Assembly (NCBI GenBank): GCA_964447285.1
Contig: CAYURO010000001.1
Location: 1,010 to 65,009, forward strand
Source of the DNA: an uncultured Enterobacteriaceae bacterium
Lineage (GTDB): Bacteria > Myxococcota_A > UBA9042
Length of the DNA: 64,000 nt
Reading direction: 5' to 3'
Part shown: positions 9,866-19,098 of the stretch, piece after piece
Layout of the letters: every line of letters starts with the position of its first letter
How positions within the stretch are numbered: the stretch's first letter is position 1
Position numbers and translations under genes: made by a program
The notes under the pieces: generated by a model
Databases searched by the model: none
What the model saw: only the letters and a program-made list of their open reading frames with translations
What the model was told of the DNA's origin: nothing

Positions 9866-10444
9866 ATGGATGCTCGCAAGGACCGACTGATCGAGCTGTT
9901 GCTGCTGCACGCGTTCCAGGACCGGCCCGACCGCCCCTATCAGGCTTCGGGTGGGCAGCCTTCGCCCTATCACCTCGACGGCAAAGCGGTGGCGCTGACG
10001 ACGGAGGGGCAAACCCTCATTGGCGGGCTGGGTTACGAGTGCGCAAAGCGGCTGGGCGTCACCGTCGTGGGTGGCACGTCGGTCGCCGCGGACCCGTTTG
10101 CCCGCGCCGTGGCTACGCACAGCCTCACAAGATCGCGGCACGTGTCGGCGTTCGTGGTGCGACCGGGCGGTGCCATCGAGGGCGTGCCGGCCGCCGGAAC
10201 CCGCGTCCTCGTCGTGGACGACGTCTCGATGACCGGCGCGTCGCTGCAGACGGCGGTGGACCGCGCCCGTGAGGCTGGACTGGTGGTCGAGGATGCGCTG
10301 GTGGCCGTTGACCGTGAAGAGGGGGCTCGCGAAGCCCTGCGCGTTCACGGCGTCGAACTGCACGCGCTGGTCACGCTGCCTGAGATTCTGGCCCGCCGCG
10401 ACGTGGCGCGCGCCCATGGTGGCGAAACCGGTCCGGCCGTCTGA
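9866..10444 (+). CDS. pyrE: Orotate phosphoribosyltransferase.
   Basis: ORF 9806..10444, trimmed to the ATG at 9866 (MDARKDRLIELLL). It carries the PRTase PRPP-binding motif VLVVDDVSMTGASL. Confidence 0.8.
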   Translation: MDARKDRLIELLLLHAFQDRPDRPYQASGGQPSPYHLDGKAVALTTEGQTLIGGLGYECAKRLGVTVVGGTSVAADPFARAVATHSLTRSRHVSAFVVRPGGAIEGVPAAGTRVLVVDDVSMTGASLQTAVDRAREAGLVVEDALVAVDREEGAREALRVHGVELHALVTLPEILARRDVARAHGGETGPAV

Positions 10445-10471
10445 CGCTCAATTCCCGAAAGGCGGACCGCC

Positions 10472-11026
10472 TCAGTCGAACAGCCAGCTGACACCGAACT
10501 GCGCCGAAAAGCCGGTTCGTTGCAGGTTGTTGACAGCCCTCACGCCGATGCCCAGCTGCAAGTGCGGCCGCTCGTAAGTCCGGACTTGGTAGCGCATCCC
10601 GCCTTCCAGAAAGAAGCCGAGTGTGTCGAACACGCTGGTGCCTGCGTACATCAACTGGGTGCCGAACTCGCCATAGCCGCGCAGGGGAGCCCACGCATCC
10701 TGGGCCGACTCACCGCCCACCGTCGCCGCCACGGTGACCCACGGCCCTTGGCCCGTCGCGCCCAGCTGCGCCTCGCCGCCGAAGTACAAGGCGCGCGTGT
10801 GCCGTCTGGCGGTACCGCGCACAAACGGCCCCAGTGGATGGCCCTCGACAGGCAGGACGGCCACACCCAAGGCAAGTTCGCGCCCCAGCACATCGTTTCT
10901 GTCGTAATCCAGTGCCAGCACTTCACCCGCCGACGCCATCAGCAGCAACGCCGCGGTCAGGCTCAGCAAGTACGGCACCGGTCGTTGGTGGGGCAGCAGC
11001 ATGGGGCCGCGGTGTAGCGCAGGCAC
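10472..11026 (-). CDS. Small secreted protein, probably an outer-membrane beta-barrel (hypothetical).
   Basis: ORF 10472..11026. It has a signal peptide (LLSLTAALLLMASA) and alternating hydrophobic beta-strand patterning through the C-terminus (QFGVSWLFD). Confidence 0.4.
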   Translation of the reverse strand: MPALHRGPMLLPHQRPVPYLLSLTAALLLMASAGEVLALDYDRNDVLGRELALGVAVLPVEGHPLGPFVRGTARRHTRALYFGGEAQLGATGQGPWVTVAATVGGESAQDAWAPLRGYGEFGTQLMYAGTSVFDTLGFFLEGGMRYQVRTYERPHLQLGIGVRAVNNLQRTGFSAQFGVSWLFD

Positions 11027-11044
11027 CGGGGGCTGGCAAGCCGA

Positions 11045-13579
11045 TCACCTTGGCGGGCGGGGCTGAGACGACCACGAGCGCCCCTCCTGTTGCGCGGTGA
11101 CGCCCTTGCGACCGACCACCACCTCGACCCAGCCCTCTGTCGTCGGCCAAAGCGGGATGCCATAGCGGGCGTAGCGGTCGCTCACTTCCCGATGCGGAAA
11201 GGGCAGTTGCCCCCATGGGCGGGCGCCGACCACCGCCAGTCCCGGACGCACACCCTCCAGCAGCGGCGGCGTGCTCGAGGTGCGGCTGCCGTGGTGGGGT
11301 ACCTTCAGCACATCGACCGGTCGCAGCACCCGCGCCTTGGCCAGCGCCGCCTCCGCCGGAGCCTCAATGTCGCCTGCCAGCAGCACCCGACCGCCTGCCG
11401 TCGAGACCTCCAGCACCAGCGAATTATCGTTGAAGTCATGCGCGGCCGAGTAGGGTGCGTCCATGGGAAACGGCCACAGAACGCGGACTTGCACCCCACC
11501 CCAGCTGAAGGTCCGTTGGGATCCCGGCCCCGCAAAGTCACGCCACCGTGTCCCCTGCCGTGTCAATTCCGCGACCAACGCTTGGTGTTCCGCGCCACCG
11601 GGGACCTGCCCGTTCCACCACAGCTCGCCCACCGGCAGGACCCGCGCCACCGCCAGCAGACCGTTCTCGTGGTCCGGATGCCCGTGGGTCAGCACCATGC
11701 GGTCGATTCGCCGGATGCCGTGGTGTTTCAGGAACGGCACCACCGCCTGCGCCCCGATGCGCCCGTCGTCTGCCACCTCACCGCCCCCATCGACCAGCAG
11801 GTTTGACCCGTCCGGCAGCTCGACCAGCGTGCAGTCGCCATGCCCCACGTCCAGGAACGACAGTCGCACCGTACCTTGCGGAACCCCCTGCAACCACGCA
11901 GATCCCGCCCACGTCGCTGCCGTCGCAACCAACGCCACCGCCGCCACAGCGCGCCACCGCCCCCCATGCCACCATGCCGCGACGACCGCCGGCACCGTCA
12001 ATCCGGCCACCAGCGCCAGAGTCCCACTCGCTGACCACACCGGCCACCACGCCTTGGGAGACGCCACCAGCTTCTCCAAAGGCCACAGCGCCGCCTCACA
12101 CGCTGGCGCAATCCACGCCCGCACCGGACCCAGCCACGACCCCAACGCGGACAGGACCATCGCGGCAAGCGCCACCGGCAGCAGAAACCCCGCGTAGGGC
12201 ACGGCAAACCCGTTCGCCAGCGGTCCAACCAGCGGCAGCGCGCCAAAGACGGTCAGGGTCGCAGGAGCCGTCGACGACGATGGCGCAACGCAAGTCTTCA
12301 GGAACACGACGGTGTGATGCTTCAGCCGCGTTCGCCAGCCACCGTCTTCGGGCTGGTCCTGCCCCCAACCCGCCCATGCAAGGCCCAGCACGCCCAAGAT
12401 CGACAGCAGCAGCCCCACATCCGCCACCGCCACCGGGTCGACCAGCATCAGCACGACCGCCGCCAACCCGAGTGACTCGCCCAGCCCCGGCTGCCGTCCG
12501 CTCGCCCGCCCCAACACCAGCGCCGTCGCCATCACGGCCGCCCGCAGCGTGCTCGGCGCCGCCCCGGTCAGCAGCGCGTAGCCCCAGGTCGCCATCAGGC
12601 TCGGCACCGCTAGCAGCCGTTCACGCGGAAACCGGCGAAACAGCCCTCGCGCAAATCGCGTCGCCAGGAACTTCAACAACTCCCGCACCATCCACACGAC
12701 CAGCGCCAGGTGGCTGCCCGACACCGCCATCACATGGGCCGTCCCCGTCGCCCGCAGCCACACTTGCAGCGGCTCGTCGACGGCCCCCTTGTCCCCCAGC
12801 GCAAGGGCGGCAAACGTCTGGCCAGCGCGCCCCGGCACCGTGGTCGTCAGCGCGTCGCTCAGGTGCCTGCGCCACCGTCCGATGACGTGCAGCACGCCCC
12901 CCAGAGGATTCCGTGCCCATCCAAACGGTTCCGTCAGGGGCCGGTCCTCGAAGCTGATCTCGCCGACCCGCCGCACGCGCACGCCGGCCACCAAGCCTGC
13001 GCGCGTCCACGACTCTCGCGCATCCCAAGCTCCGGGGTTGCGAAAAGCGGGGGGGGGTGTCGTAAACGCCCGCACCCTCAAGCGATCTCCCAACTGCACC
13101 CGGACGTCGCGCCCGACGACATCGACGCGCACAAGGCCGCTCCTCGCTTCGCACGCCAACCGCCGCCGCTCAGGCTCCGGCAGGCAGCGCGCCGTCCATT
13201 GTGCGGTGAAGCGATGACCGACCGGACTCCACTCCGGCTCAGACGCCACCTCCAGGAGCTGCAGCGGCGCTTCCAAACCCGGCCTTGGCAGGTCCAGGGG
13301 TGGCAGCGGCCCCGGGGTCACGGCCTGCTCGGCCCGCACAGCCGCCACCAGCCCCAACGCGATCCAGGCGGCCAGCAGCAGCGGCCCGCGCAACCGCCGT
13401 CGCACCCCCCAAGTCCCCATAAGTACGCACGTTGATGCCAGCACCACGGTCGTCGCCGTCGGCAGGCCGCCGTGCAGCCCCACGCCTGCACCTGCCGTCA
13501 CCGCGACCGCTGCCGGCGCCCACACCCGCCCTTGCCAGCTCCACGCCATGCCCACCCGCCCCGGGGCGAAGAGGGCCAC
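11045..13579 (-). CDS. comEC: ComEC/Rec2-family DNA internalization channel protein (DUF4131 + competence domain + C-terminal metallo-beta-lactamase fold).
   Basis: ORF 11045..13579, 844 aa, polytopic. The C-terminal MBL domain carries the HxHxDH motif (RMVLTHGHPDHENG) and FLDVGHGDCTLVELPDGSNLLVDGG. The N-terminal start is uncertain. Confidence 0.8.
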   Translation of the reverse strand: MALFAPGRVGMAWSWQGRVWAPAAVAVTAGAGVGLHGGLPTATTVVLASTCVLMGTWGVRRRLRGPLLLAAWIALGLVAAVRAEQAVTPGPLPPLDLPRPGLEAPLQLLEVASEPEWSPVGHRFTAQWTARCLPEPERRRLACEARSGLVRVDVVGRDVRVQLGDRLRVRAFTTPPPAFRNPGAWDARESWTRAGLVAGVRVRRVGEISFEDRPLTEPFGWARNPLGGVLHVIGRWRRHLSDALTTTVPGRAGQTFAALALGDKGAVDEPLQVWLRATGTAHVMAVSGSHLALVVWMVRELLKFLATRFARGLFRRFPRERLLAVPSLMATWGYALLTGAAPSTLRAAVMATALVLGRASGRQPGLGESLGLAAVVLMLVDPVAVADVGLLLSILGVLGLAWAGWGQDQPEDGGWRTRLKHHTVVFLKTCVAPSSSTAPATLTVFGALPLVGPLANGFAVPYAGFLLPVALAAMVLSALGSWLGPVRAWIAPACEAALWPLEKLVASPKAWWPVWSASGTLALVAGLTVPAVVAAWWHGGRWRAVAAVALVATAATWAGSAWLQGVPQGTVRLSFLDVGHGDCTLVELPDGSNLLVDGGGEVADDGRIGAQAVVPFLKHHGIRRIDRMVLTHGHPDHENGLLAVARVLPVGELWWNGQVPGGAEHQALVAELTRQGTRWRDFAGPGSQRTFSWGGVQVRVLWPFPMDAPYSAAHDFNDNSLVLEVSTAGGRVLLAGDIEAPAEAALAKARVLRPVDVLKVPHHGSRTSSTPPLLEGVRPGLAVVGARPWGQLPFPHREVSDRYARYGIPLWPTTEGWVEVVVGRKGVTAQQEGRSWSSQPRPPR

Positions 13580-13610
13580 CGGTACGGGATGATCGCTACC
13601 ACGAGCAAAA

Positions 13611-13649
13611 CGCCGCGCGGCGCCGTGACGAATTCGTCAGGCGCCGCGC
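13611..13649. terminator. GC-rich imperfect inverted repeat (CGCCGCGCGGCGCC gtgACGAATTCGTcag GCGCCGCGC) with T-rich flanks, lying between the OMP stop and the comEC start.
   Basis: Read directly from the sequence. The central ACGAATTCGT is a perfect palindrome. A TTTTGG tract follows on the plus strand and TTTTG follows on the minus strand. Confidence 0.3.
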
Positions 13650-13687
13650 AAGCTTTCGTATTCTATTCGGTTTTGGCTAGGCTGGAG

Positions 13688-15388
13688 CTAGAATCGGTAC
13701 TGCGTCGACACGAGCACTTCCTGCTCATTGGTCTTCGGACCCACCGTCTCGCCCGAGCTGTTCAGGGCGCCAGCCACCTCGCGGAAGCGGTACAGCAGCG
13801 ACACGACGCCGATGTTGCGCCAGACGTACACGTGGGCGGCGGCGCGATACTGGTACTCGTCCAGCTGCTTGCGCAAATCGGTCTCGAGCTTGTCCGGACC
13901 GGCCAGTCGCTTTCCGGCCACATACGCGCCGTAGTCGGCCGCCAGCAGCAGCACCTTGGGGATCGCCAGCACGCCGACCTGAACGTTGTAGGCAAGCTGG
14001 TTGGCTCCGGGGATGATCGACTCCTGCTCGAAGTCGAGCGCGTACTTGCCGTACACCTCAGCCGTCGCAACAACCCGCTTGTAGCGGAAGACATTGTTCA
14101 CGTTGAAGGCGGGATAGCGCTCCTGCGCCCGCTGGTCGTACTTGGCGCCCAGCGTCAGGCCCCACGTCAGCGGCACGCTGGTGTAGAGGAACGGCGAGTC
14201 GAAGCGGCTGACGGTGCCGAACACATTCAGGCCGACCTGACCGCCGACGCCGTAGGTGTAATTCTCGTTGCCGTAAGTGAAGTAGCGACCGCCGACGTTG
14301 CCGGTCGACCGACCTGAGCCGCCCGCAGCAAACGCCCGGTACACCAGCTTGCCGGAGTGGCCAAGCGGACCCGACACTTCGACCGCGGCGCCGTTGCCCT
14401 GCTCGAATGCGTTGTAGAGGTAGTACGCGGGTTCGACCAGCAGTTGCTTCGACGTCGACACGATCAAGCCGCTGGAGAGGCCGCCGCCGCCGCTGTTCAG
14501 GTTCAGGAAGTGGCCGCTGGTGCCCAAGGGAACTTGGAACATCGCAAACGTCAGGCGCGGGGTGCGCTCTGCCCGCATGCTGACGAGGTAGAACGAGTTG
14601 GGGATCTGCAGGATCGGGCCAAACGACCGCAACTGCAGCTTGGTGAAGCGGGTGTCGGCCTGCTTCTTCTCCATGTCGTATGCGCCTTCGATGCCGGCGA
14701 CGACCGAGAACCGCATGCCGGGGTTGCCGCGGCAGACGGTCACTTCCGGGTCGAAACGGCAGCCAAAGTCGGCACAGTCGACCTTGCCGTCGTTGTCGTT
14801 GTCGACGCCGTCGGAGCACACTTCGTCGTTGCGCTCGCCGTCCTTGTCGCTGCCCTTGCCGATCAGGTCCTCCACGGACATGCCGTCGCGCAGCTCAGGC
14901 ACGTCGTCCGGCACGCTGTTCGCACCACCCGCGCCACCGCCGCTCTCAAGTGGCCCTTGCCACGAGCCACGGCAAGGTTTGGCCTGGTCGCAGTCGCTGT
15001 CGTCGCAGTCGACGAAGCCGTCGCCGTCGTTGTCGAACCAGTCGCCGCACTTCGCGTCGTCGTTCTCGGGGCCCGATCCGACCTTGCACAGGACGTCGCC
15101 TCTGCAGTCGGCGTCCGCGCAGTCGACCATGCCGTCGCCGTCGTCGTCCTTGCGATCGCCGCAATTCGTCTCTTTGGCACCGGAATTCGCCGCCGGAGCG
15201 GTCGCCGCCGGCGTCTCGGCCGCCGCCGCAGGAGCAACAACCGCCGCAGGAGCAACAGCCGCCGCAGGAGCAACAGCCGCCGCGGGCGCAGGAGCACCCG
15301 GCGCCGCGGGCTGACCCCACGCCGTCGTCACGAACGAACTTCCCGCCACCAGGGCTGCCATCGAAAACAGGGCTGCCAATCTCATCAT
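13688..15388 (-). CDS. Outer-membrane beta-barrel protein with an N-terminal region carrying 3 Cys-bracketed DxDxDG (EF-hand / thrombospondin-type-3-like) calcium-binding-type repeats.
   Basis: ORF 13688..15388. It has a signal peptide and an Ala/Pro-rich linker. The repeats are CGDRKDDDGDGMVDCADADC, CGDWFDNDGDGFVDCDDSDC and CSDGVDNDNDGKVDCADFGC. The C-terminal ~380 aa show amphipathic beta-strand alternation and end in the OMP-type terminal motif ...VSTQYRF. Confidence 0.6.
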   Translation of the reverse strand: MMRLAALFSMAALVAGSSFVTTAWGQPAAPGAPAPAAAVAPAAAVAPAAVVAPAAAAETPAATAPAANSGAKETNCGDRKDDDGDGMVDCADADCRGDVLCKVGSGPENDDAKCGDWFDNDGDGFVDCDDSDCDQAKPCRGSWQGPLESGGGAGGANSVPDDVPELRDGMSVEDLIGKGSDKDGERNDEVCSDGVDNDNDGKVDCADFGCRFDPEVTVCRGNPGMRFSVVAGIEGAYDMEKKQADTRFTKLQLRSFGPILQIPNSFYLVSMRAERTPRLTFAMFQVPLGTSGHFLNLNSGGGGLSSGLIVSTSKQLLVEPAYYLYNAFEQGNGAAVEVSGPLGHSGKLVYRAFAAGGSGRSTGNVGGRYFTYGNENYTYGVGGQVGLNVFGTVSRFDSPFLYTSVPLTWGLTLGAKYDQRAQERYPAFNVNNVFRYKRVVATAEVYGKYALDFEQESIIPGANQLAYNVQVGVLAIPKVLLLAADYGAYVAGKRLAGPDKLETDLRKQLDEYQYRAAAHVYVWRNIGVVSLLYRFREVAGALNSSGETVGPKTNEQEVLVSTQYRF

Positions 15389-15410
15389 GACCTCGTTGGC
15401 CCGGGTGGGG

Positions 15411-16686
15411 CTAGAACTCGCAGATGCGCTTGCGGGGTTTGCCGTTCTTGTCCTTCAGGCAGACGTCCACGGCGGGGTTCCAGTTGCAATCCCAGTCGTC
15501 GCAGTCGGCATACCCGTCCTTGTCGTTGTCGGCGCCGTCGCTGCACTTGGCGTTGCCGTCGCCGAGGCTCTCCTGACAAGCCTGCTTGACCGAGATGTCG
15601 GTCGAGTTGCGGCAGGAGTAGTCCTCGCAGTCCGTATAGCCGTTGCCGTCGTTGTCGATGTCGTCGCTGCAGCGGTCGAACGTGACCTCGAGGACCGACG
15701 CGCAGTACTTGACCACCGCCGAGTCGTCGGCCTGCGAGCACGAGTAGTCGCCGCAGTCCATGAAGCCGTTGCCATCGTTGTCGACGCCGTCCGAGCACTT
15801 CACGATCGTGTTCTCGCCGATGGAGATGCAGTACTCGATCGCCTCTTGGGTGCCCTTGGAACTACAGGAGAAGTCGTTGCAGTCGATGTAGCCGTTCTTG
15901 TCGTTGTCCAGGCCGTCGCTGCACAGGGCCACGGTGTCTTCGGCCAGAGCGGGCGCGTTGGCGCAGTACTCGGCGATGGCGGAGTCCTTGGACTTGCTGC
16001 ACGAGAAGTCCAAGCAATCGATGTACTTGTTGCCGTCGTTGTCGATGCCGTCCTGGCACTTGGGCAGCGTGTCTTCAGCTTCGGCGACCGGCAGGCACGC
16101 AGCGACCGTGTCGCACCCGGAGTCGGTGCAGTCGGTTTTGCCGTCGCCGTCGTTGTCCTTGCCGTCCGTGCACGCGGCCGAGTCGACGTCCGAATCCTCG
16201 GTGCACACCGTCACGAACATGCCCTTGCTACAGCCGTAGTCCTTGCAGTCCGTGTAGCCGTTGCCGTCGTTGTCCTTGCCGTCACCGCACAATTCGTTCG
16301 TGAACTCGCGCAGGCAGCAGGCCTCGGCAAGGTTCTGGCACTTGCGGTCACCGCAATCGAACTGACCGTCGTCGTCGTTGTCCTGAAAGTCGGCGCACAG
16401 CTCGACGGTATTCTCGACCTCGAAGGAAGGCACGGCCGGCACGTACTCGCCGCAGAACGTCGACAGCAGCAGGCAATCGACGTCATCGCAGTCGATCATG
16501 CCGTCCTGATCGTTGTCGATGCCGTCGGCACAGGTCTGGTTGTCGGCCTCGTAGCCGAGCACGGGCAAGACGCCGTTCTTGGTCACAGGCACGTCGTAGC
16601 AGCCGGACATCGCGACCGCGAGCAGGCCAGCAACGCAGGCCACACCGACGGTCGGGCGAGTAGGCAGGGTTCGAGAGGACTGCATG
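15411..16686 (-). CDS. Lipoprotein built from 9 tandem Cys-bracketed DxDxDG repeats (putative Ca-binding extracellular scaffold).
   Basis: ORF 15411..16850, trimmed to the ATG at 16686 (MQSSRTLPTRPTVGVACVAGLLAVAMSGC). The nine repeats match the consensus C-x-D-G-x-D-N-D-x-[DN]-G-[YF]-x-D-C-x-D-[YF]-[SG]-C, for example CADGIDNDQDGMIDCDDVDC and CSDGVDNDGNGFMDCGDYSC. Confidence 0.65.
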
Positions 16687-16726
16687 CGCTCCTCAGATGG
16701 GCGGAAGGTCCGCTCGGCGCGACGAA

Positions 16727-17506
16727 TCAATCGTGCAAGCACGTCGCCGCTCCCTGGCCGTAGCGGCGGGAGAACGGCACGTACAGGTGACAGGCCCCTG
16801 CTTCGTGGCAGACCCACTGGCACGTCTTGTAGATGTCCAGATGGATCCACTTCTCGGAGTGGCCATCCTCGGTCGAGACCGTGCGGTTGTAGGTCGTGCC
16901 GTCGTAGCCCTCGTCATTCGAGTGCGCGGACGTCAGCACAAACTTCGGCACACCCTTGGCCCACATGCCGCGCCTCTCGGCGATCGCGGCCTTCTGCGCG
17001 ACGATGTACCGATCGGGCGAAGGCAGCTTGGTCACCGTCATCGCGTGCGCCAAGCCCTTGCGGATCTGGTCCACGGCGAGGTCCGGGCAGTCCCACAGGA
17101 TGCGGCCGTAGCCGTCGCGGTTCAGGTCTGAGGTGCAACGCCAAGAGCCTCGTCGGGCGTTCAGCGTCGCCATCTTGGCGTTGACGTACAGTTCGGACGC
17201 CTTCCAGTCGCCCCACTTGTGCACGTTGCCGAAGCTTTCCAGTGTGTTGTAGCCGGAAAGCCGGGCCTTGGTACCGGCGTACGGGCCCGCCAGAACCGTA
17301 AAGCTGTCGCCGTCGTTGAACCAGACGGGCGACAGCACACCGTTCAGCAGCACGCGAGAAGCAGGCCTGGCCCAGCCTTCGGAGGCGGCCGCCAGCAGCG
17401 CAACGATGCCGACCAGCAGGCCCACAGCAACGCGCACGCTGATCGGCGACCGAAGGCGAATTGTGTGGAGCGAAGGATCAGCCGAGTGGGCCAGGAAGCC
17501 GGGCAT
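16727..17506 (-). CDS. Membrane-anchored staphylococcal-nuclease (SNase / thermonuclease)-like secreted nuclease.
   Basis: ORF 16727..17506. It has an N-terminal TM/signal anchor (VAVGLLVGIVALLAAA) and SNase-like motifs: FNDGDSFTV (DGDT-like), ARLSGYNTLE (RLxGIDxPE-like), DGYGRILWDC (YGR), ERRGMW. Confidence 0.65.
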   Translation of the reverse strand: MPGFLAHSADPSLHTIRLRSPISVRVAVGLLVGIVALLAAASEGWARPASRVLLNGVLSPVWFNDGDSFTVLAGPYAGTKARLSGYNTLESFGNVHKWGDWKASELYVNAKMATLNARRGSWRCTSDLNRDGYGRILWDCPDLAVDQIRKGLAHAMTVTKLPSPDRYIVAQKAAIAERRGMWAKGVPKFVLTSAHSNDEGYDGTTYNRTVSTEDGHSEKWIHLDIYKTCQWVCHEAGACHLYVPFSRRYGQGAATCLHD

Positions 17507-17576
17507 GGGAAAGCCCCTTGGTCACGTGCAGCGGAGGTGGCGGGGGGAGCCGAGCGCGCGTGCGAGCGGACTCAGA

Positions 17577-18173
17577 CTACGGAGCAGCCGAAGGAGCAAG
17601 ACCCTCGTCGCCACGACCGTCGACCATGATCGCGAAGTTCGGCTCGCGATACTCGTTCCGACCGCAAGTGGCCATCACCATCTTGATGACCTGGAAGGGA
17701 ACGGTGCGGTCCGACTGAATGATGACCTTCCGGCTCTCCCGAACCTTCTGGGGGTTCCTGGGGTTCTGCTGGAATTTCCAAGACGTCTTCAGCACCTCAG
17801 CCAGCGGCTTGATGTCCCAGCTGGGGTACTTGACCTCGTTGACGTCGCCCAGGCTCATGATGCGCTTGTTCTCAAACAGCATCTCGCCGAGGGTGCTGCC
17901 ATCGCCGCGGGTCAAGGCGACCATGGGCGCGCGCTCGAGTTCGGCCTTCGACGAGGCCTTGGGCATGGCGACGTTCGGATTGACCAGCATCAGCTCGCCG
18001 GCCGCGCTGAACGACTGGATCAGAAAGATGACGAGCATGATGAACAAGTCGATCATCGGCACGACATTCAACGTCGCGAAGATCGCCTTGGATCCGCCGG
18101 TCCTGACCGTCTTTTGGATGGTCTTGAGGGCAATGCCGTGACCGGCTCGTGATCCGGGGTGGTGGACAGCCAT
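17577..18173 (-). CDS. ExbD/TolR-family protein (H+-channel stator partner), paralog 2.
   Basis: ORF 17577..18173. It has a single TM segment with the conserved Asp (ATLNVVPMIDLFIMLVIFLI) and a periplasmic ExbD-like domain (KVIIQSDRTVPFQVIKMVMATCGRNEY). Confidence 0.75.
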   Translation of the reverse strand: MAVHHPGSRAGHGIALKTIQKTVRTGGSKAIFATLNVVPMIDLFIMLVIFLIQSFSAAGELMLVNPNVAMPKASSKAELERAPMVALTRGDGSTLGEMLFENKRIMSLGDVNEVKYPSWDIKPLAEVLKTSWKFQQNPRNPQKVRESRKVIIQSDRTVPFQVIKMVMATCGRNEYREPNFAIMVDGRGDEGLAPSAAP

Positions 18174-18244
18174 CTCGTTCCTCTGTCTAGGGCCCGCCGT
18201 TGGAGGCGGATCGGTTCGTCAGCGCCAGAAAGGGCCGCCAAGGG

Positions 18245-18853
18245 CTAGTTGAAGTCTGTGAACCCTTCGGCCTTCAGAAGGTTCTGATCGCCGACGGCAG
18301 GGTTTCTCAGGCAATTCTTCTTGGCCGCATCATCGATGCAGGAGCTGAGGATCGCGTCGAGGGTGCCGATCAAGTGCAGGTACTGCACCTTGTCTGACGC
18401 CACGACCATCACCTTGACCTTGTCGCCCAAGCCGGCCTCTTTCATGAAGCCTGCCAGAGTCTTCCGCAGTTCAGGGCGGTTGTACTTCTTGAATACTTCG
18501 ATCTGGCCCTGACAATTCGACGCCGTACCCTTGCCGCGGCAGAGCCGGAACTCACCGTCGGTCGGGATGCGCTTGGGCTGGGCCAGCTCAGGCTTGGTCT
18601 CGAGATTGAACAGGTTGACCAGATAGCCGGAGGGCGTGATGGCCACGTTGATCTTCGGTTCCTTCTTGGGCTGCTCCTTCGGAGGAGTCTTGCTTGCCTT
18701 GGGAAGGGCCTGGTCGACGTCGACGCGGGACATCTGCGTCCACACCGCCGAGATCAGCAGGAAGCAGATCGTGCACGCCAGCAGATCGATGAAGGGCACG
18801 ACGTTCAGTGTCGCGTCGGCTACGCCGCCTTTTCCTGAAGAACCACCACCCAT
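18245..18853 (-). CDS. ExbD/TolR-family protein, paralog 1.
   Basis: ORF 18245..18889; the probable start is the in-frame Met of MGGGSSGKGG (about 18853). It has a TM segment with the conserved Asp (TLNVVPFIDLLACTICFLLI) and the C-terminal motif KVMVVASDKVQYLHLIGTLD. Confidence 0.75.
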   Translation of the reverse strand: MGGGSSGKGGVADATLNVVPFIDLLACTICFLLISAVWTQMSRVDVDQALPKASKTPPKEQPKKEPKINVAITPSGYLVNLFNLETKPELAQPKRIPTDGEFRLCRGKGTASNCQGQIEVFKKYNRPELRKTLAGFMKEAGLGDKVKVMVVASDKVQYLHLIGTLDAILSSCIDDAAKKNCLRNPAVGDQNLLKAEGFTDFN

Positions 18854-18974
18854 CGTCTCTCTCCTGTCCGTTCGTCGAGCGTTGATCACCGCCCCGCGGA
18901 AGCCGGGACGGTCTCACGGAGCGCGCCGGCCGCTGCCGGTCAGCCCCAACCGGGCGAGTACTGCTGCTCTGCCT

Positions 18975-19022
18975 GCGGCCCCGGAGCCATCCCGTATCTC
19001 AGGGATGACTCCGGGCCGCGGG
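18975..19022. other. Long imperfect hairpin (GCGGCCCCGGAGCCATCCC gtatctca GGGATGACTCCGGGCCGC) in the exbB-exbD intercistronic region.
   Basis: Read directly from the sequence. The stem is about 18 bp with one bulge. No U-run follows it on the coding (minus) strand, so it is more likely an mRNA processing or stability element than a terminator. Confidence 0.3.
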
Positions 19023-19098
19023 GCACGTCGAGCAGACGAGTCGGTCAGACACCCGCTCCCTCGTCAGGCCGTAACCCGCCGTGGAGCTACGCACCGCA

